Origin: a virus
Taxonomy: Duplodnaviria; Caudoviricetes
Reading direction: 5' to 3' (one strand)
IMG/VR virus record: IMGVR_UViG_3300021255_003058
Span: 32,001 to 96,000 of that record
DNA length: 64,000 nt
Shown here: piece after piece, positions 63,126 through 64,000 of the stretch
Layout: every line of letters starts with the position of its first letter
Numbering within the stretch: the stretch's first letter is position 1
Notes under the pieces: model-generated
Told to the model about the DNA's origin: nothing
The model's database searches: none
The model's input: the letters and a program-made list of their open reading frames with translations, nothing else
Program-made: the position numbers and the translations under genes

Positions 63126-63338
63126 ATTAAAATTTATTAAATTATTATACTTGGAATAAATATAGATTAAATCTCTTCTAATATAGTAAATCTTTCCTCT
63201 ATCATCATTACTAATCATTTTAATATAAATTATTTATAATGAAATATACATAGTGCTAGAGGAAAGATTTTAACATGTAATAATATGATTGAACATACTG
63301 TTAATACACAAGTATTATTATAAATGTGTATTTTATAA

Positions 63339-64000
63339 TTAAAAACCTATTTTCTTATTTTGTTTCTTTGAAAAATCATTTTCATCTTCAATATTATATA
63401 TCTCTGCTAATGACATATCTTTATCGACATTATATCCTAATATATTTGTTGCTTTTTGTTTTGAAAGTTTTTTGAATTCATATTTTAATGAAAGCCTTCC
63501 TTTACGTAATAATGCATTATCAATTGTATTTAATGAAGTATTAAATGTGCATATTAATTTTATTCCTAAAACATCTGCTATTACTCCATCTGTAATATTT
63601 AATAATACTGGCATAACTGGATTATATCCTTGGTTTCTATCTTGTAATGCTTTCTCACAGTCTTCCAATATAAATACTGTATTTTGATTATCAAGAAAAT
63701 AAGACATCAATTTATCTTGAGCAGCATTTGCTAATATTGTACCATCCATAAATACAAATGATACTGTTTTAAATTTTGATATAAGATGTTTAATCAATGA
63801 TGTCTTACCTGTACCTGGTTCTCCATAGAAGAATAATAATTCTGCCTTGTCTTCAGATTCCATTAACTTACAAATTTTTTCATAAGGGAAGTCATCATTA
63901 TAATTCTTTTCGACATCAATTTTTTTATCTTCATAATCATACCAAGATGTATAAATATTATTTGATGCATCAATTGCTGCAATGCCAAATTCTATTTTGT
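63339..64000 (-). CDS. AAA+ ATPase, 5' end outside the window
   Basis: GEPGTGKT, ILEDCE, LLNITDG, TFN, LLRKGRL; frame is open to the window edge. Confidence 0.85.
   Translation of the reverse strand, partial: KIEFGIAAIDASNNIYTSWYDYEDKKIDVEKNYNDDFPYEKICKLMESEDKAELLFFYGEPGTGKTSLIKHLISKFKTVSFVFMDGTILANAAQDKLMSYFLDNQNTVFILEDCEKALQDRNQGYNPVMPVLLNITDGVIADVLGIKLICTFNTSLNTIDNALLRKGRLSLKYEFKKLSKQKATNILGYNVDKDMSLAEIYNIEDENDFSKKQNKKIGF

Noticed and set aside
1-64000. Alternative genetic code (TAG=Gln as in Lak phages, or TGA=Trp)
   Set aside because: Long conserved genes are intact in code 11, TGA is used in several ATGA gene overlaps, TAG at 32632 is followed directly by a terminator, and internal stops are isolated and of all three types
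1-64000. tRNA, rRNA, integrase or IS elements
   Set aside because: No cloverleaf-like or rRNA-like GC-rich segments and no recombinase/transposase motifs seen by eye; tRNAscan/Infernal were not run

Overview
Very AT-rich, gene-dense 64 kb segment of a large lytic dsDNA phage (T4-like/jumbo myovirus-type gene content), most likely infecting gut Bacteroidota such as Prevotella. The host is inferred from Bacteroidota-style lipoproteins, a YVDLGLSVKWA-type domain and AT-rich translation starts with no obvious Shine-Dalgarno sites. The standard genetic code fits. Recognisable genes: T4 RNase H-like 5'-3' exonuclease, Mre11/Rad50 (gp47/gp46), NAD-dependent DNA ligase, gp26/gp51-like baseplate/tail assembly pair, PD-(D/E)xK exonuclease, ThyX, free-standing GIY-YIG and NUMOD4/HNH endonucleases, ADP-ribosylglycohydrolase, T4 gp42-like dCMP-modifying enzyme, NDT-like protein, DEDD exonuclease, phosphoesterases, an ACP-like protein, an AAA ATPase and ClpX. 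About 100 small minus-strand hypothetical genes are arranged in blocks behind a strictly spaced repeated promoter (TT[G/T]AA[T/A]-N15-CTAT[A/T]TT), often followed by a conserved 5' stem-loop. Best finding: clpX is broken into two adjacent genes inside its Walker A motif by an atypically split intein (37-aa IntN, 121-aa IntC, Thr+1), so active ClpX should require protein trans-splicing. Other leads: a candidate +1/-2 programmed frameshift in the gp26/gp51-like pair, a candidate cytosine-modification module, a possible DGR target gene, T4-like capsid-targeting peptides and several single-lesion pseudogenes. No tRNA, rRNA or CRISPR array was seen. All family calls are from motif recognition by eye, without database searches.
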